DNA of 64,000 nt, from IMG/VR virus record IMGVR_UViG_3300027365_000007. One strand, 5' to 3'. Origin of the DNA: a virus (Duplodnaviria > Caudoviricetes). The notes beneath the pieces were generated by a model. The model made no database searches, had not been told where the DNA came from, and worked only from the letters and a program-made list of their open reading frames with translations. This document shows, piece after piece, positions 18,393-28,196 of this stretch (position 1 is the stretch's first letter; every line of letters starts with the position of its first letter). Both the position numbers and the translations under genes were made by a program.

Positions 18393-21300
18393 TTATACTT
18401 GAACGAAGTTCACAATTCTAATTGTATCCCCTGCATTACGCGCAGTAGTTAATGTTATTTGTGTCGGATCTGATGTATCTACAGCATTTGTACGCAATAG
18501 AATACCGTTGGCAAATACCATCACATTTCCACTATGGTTGAATGGTATAACTGTTTGATCTTGTACCATTACAAACTCATGTTCGACCGCATTAGTCACA
18601 GTAGCCTGTGTATTAGTCTGTGATGTTGCAGGATCATGTAGTACCAGTACCCTAATGGTATCACCAGAATTTCGCGGTGATGTTAGTGTGATCTCTGAAG
18701 TACTTGTTGCTGCATCAACTTCACTTGTAGGTAATAGGAAACCATTCGCAAATACCATCACATCGTTATCGTGTTCAAGGACAAATACTGTCTGATCTTG
18801 TGATGCGGTGAATTCGTAATCACTGGTTGACTGACTACCAGCAGCAGGGTCTCGCGGTTCATATTGCTGCGTACCCGCGTTATAAGTTAGAACCTGATTA
18901 TCCTGTGGCGTCACCGTTTCATCTACGTTATCTAGATCTTCGATGGAGTTCACACTACTAACTAGGCCCATCTCAAATTGTCCAGATGTAGAGTTATAAA
19001 CCAATGTTTCACCATCGCTTGGTGCGAGTGCCGAGTCAACATCATTAAGTTCACTAAGTTGTGTTGCCCCTACCTGATCAGTAATAGTAAAAGGAACGAA
19101 ACCAGTGCCATCAAACTGCAATACCTGACCAGTCGTTATACCCGTAGTATCAACATCAGAAAGTTCGTTTATCGCAATAGTACGATTTGCAAAATTCGTA
19201 CCATCATAAACTAACAAGTCGCCACTAGAGGTATTAGTCAGTTCAATACCACTAAGGTTATAAACACTAGGTTGAATGTAGGTGTAACCGTTAGTGACTA
19301 CGTTTTTATATTTTCTCTCAATAACATCAGGTGTTTGTAACGCATTGTATACCGCAAAATTATCAATACTATATGCTTGAGATCCAATTTCTAATTCTTG
19401 TAGCAATTGCACATTGACGCTATAAGAAGAGTCATCGCCAATAACAGTTGATACTGTCTGGTCAACAACATCATTGGTATTCACAATAACATTAATATCG
19501 GTATTGGTACCATTCTTGTAATAATTCACTACAACATGGTTGAATATGCTATCGTTTAAAGTAACCGCGTATGAACCCGCAATAGTTCCATTCTTAACCA
19601 CACGAATGCGATGTTCAAAAGAGCCAGTCCCATCTGGAACAATCACAAACTCCACTGATATTTCTTCCGATGCTAATGTGTCAGCAACGATATTCATTCT
19701 CATCACTATGGCATCTTCAGGTGTTCCTTGATAAGCAACATTCGTAGTAGGCTGATACCAAAAATCATATGAAAACTGATATGATTCTGCTTGAGCGAAG
19801 GAGCCAATTGTTGCGCTTAGTGACTTTGCTTCAGTACCACTGTTGATATCATAACTGGTACCAGAATAGATACTAGTACTACCTTTTACACCAATACCTG
19901 TTTCGTAACTGTATCCAGTGTCAGGAACTATATTAATATCATTAATTGTACCAATTAGATCTTCATTAAAGTTCCAATATTCATAGGCATTTGTAACTTT
20001 AACAATCTCGTCATACGACAGTTCCACCTTGGCTTTTATATATTCAGAACCATTCCATACAATAGAATCTCCATTCGAAGGCATCTCAGAAGACACATTC
20101 GACAGTTGTTCCACTGAAACGGATGGGAAACCATTAACAAACTCACTGTTTGTTGCATCCCATACAATTGCGTCTCCATCGGACAATGTGGTAAAGTTTA
20201 CATCACCTGCTTCTTGAATTTGAGACTTACGGATTTCGTATGTACCAGTTGATGAATTAAAGAATACGCCACTGCCGTCAACTTCTTCGACAAGATCAAC
20301 ACCATTGAGATTCTGTAGTGATATCACATCACTTACTGGACGTAACTGATAAGATGAGCTTGTGCCGTCCCATACCATTGTATATGCTACACCTGAAGAT
20401 GGAGCTGCAATCTCAGATACATCTGATAGAGCCGATATGTTAAGGGCGTTACTTTCATAAACACCAGAAGTACTATTATATTGTAAAATATAACCATCAA
20501 TCGAAGCGCTTGTATCAATACCAATAGCATCAGTAATGCTGGTGTTTACGAATCTACTGTTCAGTGAATCATATGTCAGAACCTGTCCATCAGTCGGAGA
20601 TGTCAATGCGTGACGTAGGTAATTCTGTGCCACGAAATCATTTCCATCATAAACAAGTGTTTGACCGGAAGTAATACCACTTGCGTTCACGTCTTGAAGG
20701 TTTAACAGTTCTATAGATTCAAATATATTTTTATTAACATATTGTGATAACGCACCGTCATAAACGACGATTTGTCCATCAGCAATGTTAGTGATAGTAA
20801 CATCAGCTAAATCGGAAAGATTCTCAACGCCAAGTGTGTTACCATCAACAGATTCATACTGTCCGGTAGTTCCATTAAACTGAAGAATATTACCGTCACT
20901 TGGTACTATGCTGGTGTTATACGGTAATATCCCTTGAGGAACGTATGTACCTGATTGGTATACCAGAACATCACCATTGGTAATTCCAGACGCAGAAACA
21001 TCGCTAAGTTCAGATATAGACTGGGTAATGTCTGAGAACTCAAATGTTCCAGAGGTAGAGTTGTAAACCAGACCGTATCCATCTTGTGCATTAATAACAC
21101 TAGATTCATTAACATTGTTGAGATCTTCGATCCCCATGTTGACAGTGACATTAAGTGATGAGCTATCAGCAGGGACAAATGCAGACTCTGACGAACTCCA
21201 CACCAGTACATTGTTATCTGACACACCTGTAGTATCAACATCAACCAACTGGTTAATACTTATATTCTGTAACTCATTAACCAAGTTAGTATTATTCAAA

Positions 21301-22817
21301 AACTTATTCTGTGGAGTCTCAGTCAAATTATCAGTAGTCTTCTGACTAAAGAATGAATCGAATGATACAGAATTGAAGTGTAAACTATCAGTAGTTTCAC
21401 CAAGATCAATAAGATTTTGTGGGAACTGTCCTACTTGGAATTCACCACTGCCTGAATTATAAACAATGGTTGAACCGTCGCTTAAACCAGTAAGGTTTAT
21501 ATTTGAAATATCAGATAGAACGATTTCTCTATTATTCCACGTGGTTCCATCTGAATACAAGAAGGTTCCCGCAGATTGAAGGGCATCTACATCACTTATC
21601 TCATTAAGACTAATACCATAGTTCACATCAACAAGATACTCACCTATATCTGTGTAGACGCGTTGTGATTCATAATAAAGATTGTTAGATCCTTCGGCCA
21701 GATCATCAGTGGTGTCAAGGTTTGTAGCAACATCAGTAAACACCCATTCAGAACCATTCCACACAGGGGCCTGTCCTGAGACAGGGGAAGTCGCATTCAC
21801 AGAACCTAGATCTTGGATTGATACAGAACCTAAAGTATCTCTTACACGTTGGGTTGTGAAATATAAGTTGCTTGTACCTTCAGGTAATCCGTCAGTGTCT
21901 TGAGGCACGTCAGCATCAATTACAATTTCTTCACCGTTGAAGTTGGTTGAAACATTAACATTATTTCCACCAGTAACGCTACGGAATTGAAGATTGCCTC
22001 CAAACCTTGCAAAAAATGTACCAACGCCATTACCCACGTTCTCAGCATCAGTGATTGATCCAGCAGTGTCGCCATCAGAAATAACACCAAGTGAACTTAA
22101 TGGTGCAGACTCCCATATATTTCTCACACCGTTGTACACCAACACGCTTTCATGTTCTATGTTGGCTAAATCAACGTCTACAAGCTCTGATAAACGACCT
22201 GTGGTAGATGGTTTTGGTATCCAAGTACCTTCTGCCGTGTCCCATGTCAATACATCACCATTATCAGCACCGTTACGCTCAAGGTTTTGTGATATGATTG
22301 ATTCAGTCGCAAGACCATGGAAAGTAACTGCGTACATATCGGCATAACGACGACCATTTGAGCCTATATCATAGGTTGCATCAACATCTGGTATATTGTT
22401 TGCATTCGCAAACATGAAGGTGCTATCAGCTTCACCAGTGCTATATACGTCAATATTACTTCGAACCAGTGTTGAGTCAGCATCAGAAAGGTTGTTGTTT
22501 TTTTCCAAGTAGCCAGAACGTGGTAACCCACCTAGCGTACTCGCTTCACCATCAAATTCAATATCAATATAAGAACCTGAAGAAATTAGATTAATTCCAT
22601 TAAGTCCTCTTATACGTCTAAAACGCATAACGTTCGAAACAACGTTATTAAAAATATACTCACCGTCACTAGTACCTAAGTTCATACCACCTTGAATAAA
22701 CGTGGTATTACCAAAAAGACTAAGATCAGGGTCTACATTTACGAAAGCTTGTTGAGTTTCATCATACACCAAAATCTGGTTATATGAAGGGTCTGTTACC
22801 TTTAGTTCGTCAGCCAT
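18393..22817 (-). CDS. Large fibre-like structural protein (1474 aa) with repeats and a LamG-like domain
   Basis: Many L..L.DV......G..L.YDG repeats; a YEYWNFNE...DFWYQP...FNHVVV...IDNFAVYN LamG-like block; duplicated C-terminal QDQTV...VMVFANG.LL...RN.GDTIR unit. Confidence 0.8.
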   Translation of the reverse strand: MADELKVTDPSYNQILVYDETQQAFVNVDPDLSLFGNTTFIQGGMNLGTSDGEYIFNNVVSNVMRFRRIRGLNGINLISSGSYIDIEFDGEASTLGGLPRSGYLEKNNNLSDADSTLVRSNIDVYSTGEADSTFMFANANNIPDVDATYDIGSNGRRYADMYAVTFHGLATESIISQNLERNGADNGDVLTWDTAEGTWIPKPSTTGRLSELVDVDLANIEHESVLVYNGVRNIWESAPLSSLGVISDGDTAGSITDAENVGNGVGTFFARFGGNLQFRSVTGGNNVNVSTNFNGEEIVIDADVPQDTDGLPEGTSNLYFTTQRVRDTLGSVSIQDLGSVNATSPVSGQAPVWNGSEWVFTDVATNLDTTDDLAEGSNNLYYESQRVYTDIGEYLVDVNYGISLNEISDVDALQSAGTFLYSDGTTWNNREIVLSDISNINLTGLSDGSTIVYNSGSGEFQVGQFPQNLIDLGETTDSLHFNSVSFDSFFSQKTTDNLTETPQNKFLNNTNLVNELQNISINQLVDVDTTGVSDNNVLVWSSSESAFVPADSSSLNVTVNMGIEDLNNVNESSVINAQDGYGLVYNSTSGTFEFSDITQSISELSDVSASGITNGDVLVYQSGTYVPQGILPYNTSIVPSDGNILQFNGTTGQYESVDGNTLGVENLSDLADVTITNIADGQIVVYDGALSQYVNKNIFESIELLNLQDVNASGITSGQTLVYDGNDFVAQNYLRHALTSPTDGQVLTYDSLNSRFVNTSITDAIGIDTSASIDGYILQYNSTSGVYESNALNISALSDVSEIAAPSSGVAYTMVWDGTSSSYQLRPVSDVISLQNLNGVDLVEEVDGSGVFFNSSTGTYEIRKSQIQEAGDVNFTTLSDGDAIVWDATNSEFVNGFPSVSVEQLSNVSSEMPSNGDSIVWNGSEYIKAKVELSYDEIVKVTNAYEYWNFNEDLIGTINDINIVPDTGYSYETGIGVKGSTSIYSGTSYDINSGTEAKSLSATIGSFAQAESYQFSYDFWYQPTTNVAYQGTPEDAIVMRMNIVADTLASEEISVEFVIVPDGTGSFEHRIRVVKNGTIAGSYAVTLNDSIFNHVVVNYYKNGTNTDINVIVNTNDVVDQTVSTVIGDDSSYSVNVQLLQELEIGSQAYSIDNFAVYNALQTPDVIERKYKNVVTNGYTYIQPSVYNLSGIELTNTSSGDLLVYDGTNFANRTIAINELSDVDTTGITTGQVLQFDGTGFVPFTITDQVGATQLSELNDVDSALAPSDGETLVYNSTSGQFEMGLVSSVNSIEDLDNVDETVTPQDNQVLTYNAGTQQYEPRDPAAGSQSTSDYEFTASQDQTVFVLEHDNDVMVFANGFLLPTSEVDAATSTSEITLTSPRNSGDTIRVLVLHDPATSQTNTQATVTNAVEHEFVMVQDQTVIPFNHSGNVMVFANGILLRTNAVDTSDPTQITLTTARNAGDTIRIVNFVQV

Positions 22818-22893
22818 ACTTTTATCCCTTTTAATAAAATATCTCTATATATTTTATTTATTGCTAACGACTATAAACTAAATGCACATATAC

Positions 22894-22925
22894 AAAAAAG
22901 GGATAAGCTTGGCTTATCCCTTTTT
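22894..22925. terminator. Rho-independent terminator downstream of clpA
   Basis: AAAAAAGGGATAAGC-TTG-GCTTATCCCTTTTT. Confidence 0.88.
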
Positions 22926-22952
22926 AAGGTTTAGGTATTGATTAGTAAAGGT

Positions 22953-25175
22953 TTAGGTGACTTTGAGTGTGTAACCATCACCCTGCACATTTACTGATAC
23001 CTTACCACCATTTTTCAGATCGCCGTAGACAATCTCTTTAGAAAGTGGTTTCTTGATCTTGTCTTTGATTTCACGCTTCAGAGGACGTGCCCCCATCGCT
23101 TCATCAAATCCATCTTCCATAAGCTTTTCTTTCGCTTTCTTAGAAAGCGTTACGCTTACACCACTTTCTTCAAGTTGTTTGTTGAGAAGCTTGATTTCTT
23201 TCTCAACAATTAGTGCCATGCTATCAATAGTAAGGTTATTGAAAGAACATGTTGCACTCAGGCGATTCACAAACTCAGGTGCGAAGAATTTATTAATCGC
23301 ATCCAGATCGGCAGTGTTTTGTGTTTTATTATTAAAACCAATGCTGCCAGCATTTTTAGCTTGTGCCCCGAGGTTTGTAGTCATCAAGATAATTACATCC
23401 TTGAAACTCACTGTCTTACCTTGTGAGGATGTCAGTTTTGCGTCATCCATCACTTGTAGAAGCACTGTCAGTACTTTAGGATGTGCCTTTTCAATCTCAT
23501 CCAGTAGCAGAACACAGTTGGGGTTATCTGCAATATCATCAATCAGCTTCGCTGAATTCTCATCATAACCTGTATAACCCGGAGGCGCACCAATCAGTTT
23601 TGCCACGGAATGCGATTCCTGATACTCAGACATATCGTACTTGATCAAAGGAATCGCAAGGTTATCTGAAAGTTGACGAGCAATTTCAGTTTTACCCACA
23701 CCGCTAGTGCCTGACATCAAGAATGAACCAGTTGGTTTGTTATCTTCTTTCAGACCAGACTTCGCAATAAGAATTTCTTCACAGATCAGATCAACTACAT
23801 GATCCTGACCAAAAAGGTTCTTCTTGATATTGTCTTCAAGGTTCTTGAAGACATTATCTTCAGTCTTTTGCATTGCCTGTAGCGGCACATTAGTGAATTT
23901 TGAAACTGTTTTCTGGAACTCATCTAGAGTCACCGATTCGATATTGTTGATTTTGCAGTATGCACCAGCCGCATCCAAAACATCAATCGCCTTATCTGGG
24001 AACGCTCGATTCTGAATGTAGCGCTGACACAGACCCAACATATCATAAACTTCATCCACGTTATATTTCACACTATGGAACTTCTCATATACTGGGATAA
24101 GCTTTTCAATAATGGTAGCTGTATCCTTCAGAGACGGTTCATTAATAGTGTAATTCTGGAACCGACGGACCATTGCTTTATCTTTCTCAAAACTGGTTTT
24201 ATATTCTTCACCAGTAGTAGCAGCAATACACATGAGCTTACCACGAGAAAGCATCGGTTTCAGAATATTACCAAGATCAACGCCGCCCTGTGTAGATGCA
24301 CCAGCACCCATTACAGTATGTGCTTCGTCAATGAAAACGATACAATTGCCTTGTTCGGCAAGGTATTCAATAGTTTTCTTAGCACGTTCTTCGAACTCAC
24401 CGCGATACTTAGTACCAGCAAGCATACCAGCAACATCAATTACCATTACTCGCTTATCCAGCAATGATTCGTGACAATCACCGTTATGAATAGCAAGGGC
24501 AATACCTTCTACGACCGCAGTCTTACCAACACCCGGATTACCCAGAAGCATTGCGTTATTCTTTTTCTTACGAGCAAGAATTTCTGCGATTTCATGAATT
24601 TCAGTATCACGTCCAATTACTGGATCAATACGGCCTTCTTCCGCTTCTAGTGTAAGGTCAGTGACGAAATCACCTTCTTCCACTTCTTCTTTTCCAGTGG
24701 TTGTTTTAGACTTCTTCAGTACATCAATGATTCGATCACGTGCACCCGGTACAGATCCTTCAATGATGGCTTTAGTAATATCAAGCTTATCGTACTGTTC
24801 TTCCAGAAGCACAAGCATGATGTCTTCACATCGAGTATCTTGGGTATTACGCCCCTTGGACATAACGTTCATTACTGCACTGGAAACAGATTTCAATACG
24901 GTTTGTGAAATACGAAGCTCATCTTCATGGGCTACGCTATGTTGAGGCGAATTACGGTTCAGCTCATTCTGGATCACACGAGCCAAGGATTCAGAGTTGA
25001 TTTCAGACTCCCTGAATGCTTTCGCAATATATTCGTTATTCAAAAGACATACGAAAAGGTGATCAGGCGTGAGAACGTCATAGTAAGTACTCATTGCCAG
25101 ACGTGTACTTTCAGTGATTACATTTTCCACTTCTGGCGGAACACGTGGCTCACGATTTTGGTTTTGATCACTCAT
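22953..25175 (-). CDS. clpA: ClpA-like AAA+ unfoldase (Clp protease ATP-binding subunit)
   Basis: Clp N-domain; two AAA+ modules (GNPGVGKT/FIDEAH and GTSGVGKT/LLDEIEKAH); GAPPGY pore loop; IGF loop; GARPL; no ClpB-type middle coiled coil. Confidence 0.92.
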   Translation of the reverse strand: MSDQNQNREPRVPPEVENVITESTRLAMSTYYDVLTPDHLFVCLLNNEYIAKAFRESEINSESLARVIQNELNRNSPQHSVAHEDELRISQTVLKSVSSAVMNVMSKGRNTQDTRCEDIMLVLLEEQYDKLDITKAIIEGSVPGARDRIIDVLKKSKTTTGKEEVEEGDFVTDLTLEAEEGRIDPVIGRDTEIHEIAEILARKKKNNAMLLGNPGVGKTAVVEGIALAIHNGDCHESLLDKRVMVIDVAGMLAGTKYRGEFEERAKKTIEYLAEQGNCIVFIDEAHTVMGAGASTQGGVDLGNILKPMLSRGKLMCIAATTGEEYKTSFEKDKAMVRRFQNYTINEPSLKDTATIIEKLIPVYEKFHSVKYNVDEVYDMLGLCQRYIQNRAFPDKAIDVLDAAGAYCKINNIESVTLDEFQKTVSKFTNVPLQAMQKTEDNVFKNLEDNIKKNLFGQDHVVDLICEEILIAKSGLKEDNKPTGSFLMSGTSGVGKTEIARQLSDNLAIPLIKYDMSEYQESHSVAKLIGAPPGYTGYDENSAKLIDDIADNPNCVLLLDEIEKAHPKVLTVLLQVMDDAKLTSSQGKTVSFKDVIILMTTNLGAQAKNAGSIGFNNKTQNTADLDAINKFFAPEFVNRLSATCSFNNLTIDSMALIVEKEIKLLNKQLEESGVSVTLSKKAKEKLMEDGFDEAMGARPLKREIKDKIKKPLSKEIVYGDLKNGGKVSVNVQGDGYTLKVT

Positions 25176-25246
25176 ACAATTTACTCCTGTTTTGTTTATT
25201 AACTACTATATTGGATCAACATCACTAATTTTCAAGTGACAATCGA

Positions 25247-25627
25247 TTATTTGTTTTCAGTCTTACCAGAAGGCTCTTTACGATAATATTCTTCGATAGA
25301 CTTTAACAAGATCTTATTCGCCTCTAAGTAACGATTGATATCCTGCATATTATAGGACATGCTTTCGTAGCCGTCAACACTAAGTCCATAATAAACTTCT
25401 GGAAGCTCATTAGGATTCCCATTCAGTATCTCACGCATTTTTTCCTTAGTCAACACATGAAATTTCACGTCCCTCATCTGAATAGGTTGTGGCTTCTCAA
25501 AATCATATGGGATCTTACATACAAGCGCAGGATTGTCTTCTATTGTTTCAGTTTCAAACACTCTGAAGATCGAACATCCAGTCATGAGGGAACTAATCAG
25601 AACTAATATTAGAATTTTTTTCAACAT
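25247..25627 (-). CDS. Outer-membrane spanin (o-spanin) lipoprotein
   Basis: MLKKILILVLISSLMTG|C lipobox; start lies inside the 3' end of the i-spanin gene. Confidence 0.85.
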   Translation of the reverse strand: MLKKILILVLISSLMTGCSIFRVFETETIEDNPALVCKIPYDFEKPQPIQMRDVKFHVLTKEKMREILNGNPNELPEVYYGLSVDGYESMSYNMQDINRYLEANKILLKSIEEYYRKEPSGKTENK

Positions 25628-26027
25628 TATCAAATACCTTTTTAGTAGCATCGTTAATTCGTCTTTCAATCAATCCCGGCTTGGCCACAGTAAGTGCCTC
25701 TAAATCACGTTCAGATCCATCTGCCGAAGTATTGAAAGTGTCATAAAGGTCCGAAATTGCTTGATTATTACGTTTATTAGCTTCACGCATTTCATCCGCG
25801 AATTGTTTTTGTTCAATCAAGTCATCTTGAACTTGATTCTGGAATGACACCATCTGTTGTGCTATTTTATTATTTTCCTCTACAACATTTTCAACTTCAG
25901 TTTCAAGTTTAGCATTCTCGTTCTTCAATGCGTCTATGCGATAATATCCGGCTATGATTACCAGTGCTATGATAATATACACAGACCAGTTAGAGAAGTT
26001 AAAAAAATTCTTTATTGCACTTAGCAT
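25593..26027 (-). CDS. Inner-membrane spanin (i-spanin)
   Basis: One N-terminal TM helix (VYIIIALVIIAGYY), periplasmic coiled coil, and a T4 PseT.3-like AKPGLIERRIN motif. Confidence 0.85.
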   Translation of the reverse strand: MLSAIKNFFNFSNWSVYIIIALVIIAGYYRIDALKNENAKLETEVENVVEENNKIAQQMVSFQNQVQDDLIEQKQFADEMREANKRNNQAISDLYDTFNTSADGSERDLEALTVAKPGLIERRINDATKKVFDNVEKNSNISSD

Positions 26028-26048
26028 ATCATACTCCTAAACACTACT

Positions 26049-26450
26049 TTATTCCTCAGTACCACTCTTTTCAAAGAACTGACGGACATCATTAATATCT
26101 ACTTTTTTAGAATCCTGTTTATAAATTTTCATTTTCCAGTTATCCAAACCAGATGCCATACCTAGTTCCAATAATATTCTCATAATATCAGTCCACGTTT
26201 GTTCATTAAGGAACAGTTCGATATATACTGAATATCTACCATCTCCATCACTGTATTCTATAGTAGTAACATCAACTAACTGTTTCAATGGCATATAGTT
26301 AACGAAATTTCTAATATCCTTAAGAACATCCTCTTCCTTAACATAGAAGTTAACCACTACCATCTCACTATTAGTACCACTCTTCGGCTCGTACATACCA
26401 ACCTCTAGATACGGTAATAGAACATATTCCAAATCTTTATGTTTAAACAT
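26049..26450 (-). CDS. Hypothetical protein
   Basis: 133-aa ORF in the operon with the spanins. Confidence 0.7.
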   Translation of the reverse strand: MFKHKDLEYVLLPYLEVGMYEPKSGTNSEMVVVNFYVKEEDVLKDIRNFVNYMPLKQLVDVTTIEYSDGDGRYSVYIELFLNEQTWTDIMRILLELGMASGLDNWKMKIYKQDSKKVDINDVRQFFEKSGTEE

Positions 26451-26470
26451 AATTTCAAAAACCCTTATTT

Positions 26471-27058
26471 TTAAAACTCAAAATCTTCATCACCGCCTTC
26501 GCCGCTGCCGAGGCCACCAAAATCATCGCCTCCACTGTCCATTGACGACGCAGCACTTTCTTCAGCTTCTTCCTCACCTTGATATATAGCCTCAATATCA
26601 CTATAAAGAATGTCTTCGCCGTCAATATTAAACATTGTGTTTCCATCAAGGGCAAGATAACGTTGCGGTACCCGTATAGTAACAATCCATACTTTATGCT
26701 CAAACACTTTTTTATGAAAACCTTGTTGGGTAGTGTACTCGAAAGGCTGCACGTTCTCATCCTTGATAAGCGCTACGCGTTTATACGTATCTTCGTTCAA
26801 CTCAACCATACATTCAAGATTTGTAAGTCTTTCAAATACGGCAGGATTGGGCGGCATCTTGTTAGGAAACATCAGTTTTATTGTTACGTAATATTTCTCT
26901 ATTTGTGGTCCAAATACCAATTCACCATCCAACCAATTATCAAACGCGAATGCACCTATCTGTTCCATGAAAGCAGCAACCTCCATGGCAGCATCCAATT
27001 TTCCATAATCGTCGTTTACATTCTTAGTGTTTTTGTATATCGTACTTGTTGTAATCAC
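26471..27058 (-). CDS. Hypothetical protein with acidic tail
   Basis: 195 aa; TATAAATA at 27081-27088. Confidence 0.7.
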   Translation of the reverse strand: MITTSTIYKNTKNVNDDYGKLDAAMEVAAFMEQIGAFAFDNWLDGELVFGPQIEKYYVTIKLMFPNKMPPNPAVFERLTNLECMVELNEDTYKRVALIKDENVQPFEYTTQQGFHKKVFEHKVWIVTIRVPQRYLALDGNTMFNIDGEDILYSDIEAIYQGEEEAEESAASSMDSGGDDFGGLGSGEGGDEDFEF

Positions 27059-27123
27059 TGCTTATACCCTTGTTTATTGATATTTATACAAGGATAAATA
27101 TTACTACATCAAAAGAGGTGAGT

Positions 27124-27852
27124 ATGACAACAAACAAAAATGAATTCAAAGTCAATACAAAATATGTACCGAAATTGAAGCCTGAAAACAAAGAGCAATC
27201 GAAGGCACTACAACACTTGGAGTCAGATGTTCCATATAATTTTCTTGTCGGACCTGCTGGATCTGGTAAGACCCTTTTCGCCACTGTATATGCCATTAAA
27301 AAATTTCTAGACGGTACATACCGTAAAATCGTAATTACCAGACCAGCCGTATCGGTTGACGAAGATCACGGTTTCCTTCCGGGGGACATTACAGCCAAAA
27401 TGCATCCTTGGATGCTTCCTATAATCGACGTATTCATGGAGTTTTTTGATGCAGATACCCTTGAAAGTATGATCAAGGAAGGTGTATTGGAAATTGCCCC
27501 TCTTGCCTACATGCGTGGTCGTAACTTAGGTGCTATCATGATAGATGAGAATAGCGACAAGCGCGGATTTATCGTATTAGCAGATGAGATACAAAACTCC
27601 ACTCCTGAACAAATGAAAATGCTACTGACTCGTCTTGGTAAAAATAGTAAGATGATCATCACGGGTGATTTAACCCAACATGATCGTGGGATGGACAATA
27701 ACGGTCTTCTAGATGCTTACAATCGACTTACCAAAAATTATGTAAGTGACGAATACATATCAATTGACAAATTCAGTAAGAAAAGTGTTGTGCGCAGTGA
27801 TGCTGTACAAAATATACTCAATTTATACCCAGAAGATGAGAGTGATGTATAA
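27124..27852 (+). CDS. phoH: PhoH-family ATPase
   Basis: GPAGSGKT, ITRPAV, GFLPG, APLAYMRGR, DEIQN and GDLTQHD motifs. Start set at 27124 because of the GAGGTG RBS. Confidence 0.95.
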   Translation: MTTNKNEFKVNTKYVPKLKPENKEQSKALQHLESDVPYNFLVGPAGSGKTLFATVYAIKKFLDGTYRKIVITRPAVSVDEDHGFLPGDITAKMHPWMLPIIDVFMEFFDADTLESMIKEGVLEIAPLAYMRGRNLGAIMIDENSDKRGFIVLADEIQNSTPEQMKMLLTRLGKNSKMIITGDLTQHDRGMDNNGLLDAYNRLTKNYVSDEYISIDKFSKKSVVRSDAVQNILNLYPEDESDV

Positions 27853-27930
27853 AAATTAACTTATAATTATTATTCGTTGGATATTATATAAATAATAGTA
27901 ACAATATACACAACGTAGGAGATATATGTT

Positions 27931-28143
27931 ATGACGCATGAAGAAAAATTTACATCACTACTTGGTTCACTGAGCGGTTCTGAGCAAGCATTTATGATCA
28001 ATATTCCGAGCGACATTGGGAACCCTATCAAGATGCTTTCACGCAACATCCCTGAAGGTGCTAAAGTGAAAATTGACGGCAGTGTAATGTATGTTAAAGC
28101 ACCTAGCTTTAGTCATACTGACGCAATTCTACTTCAAGTGTAA
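27931..28143 (+). CDS. Small hypothetical protein
   Basis: 70 aa; TATAAATA at 27887-27894, AGGAG RBS and its own terminator. Confidence 0.75.
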   Translation: MTHEEKFTSLLGSLSGSEQAFMINIPSDIGNPIKMLSRNIPEGAKVKIDGSVMYVKAPSFSHTDAILLQV

Positions 28144-28167
28144 CTAAGTACAGTAAATTGTATAACG

Positions 28168-28196
28168 AAAAAGAGAGGCATATGCCTCTCTTTTTT
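28168..28196. terminator. Bidirectional terminator between convergent genes
   Basis: AAAAAGAGAGGCA-TA-TGCCTCTCTTTTTT. Confidence 0.9.
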
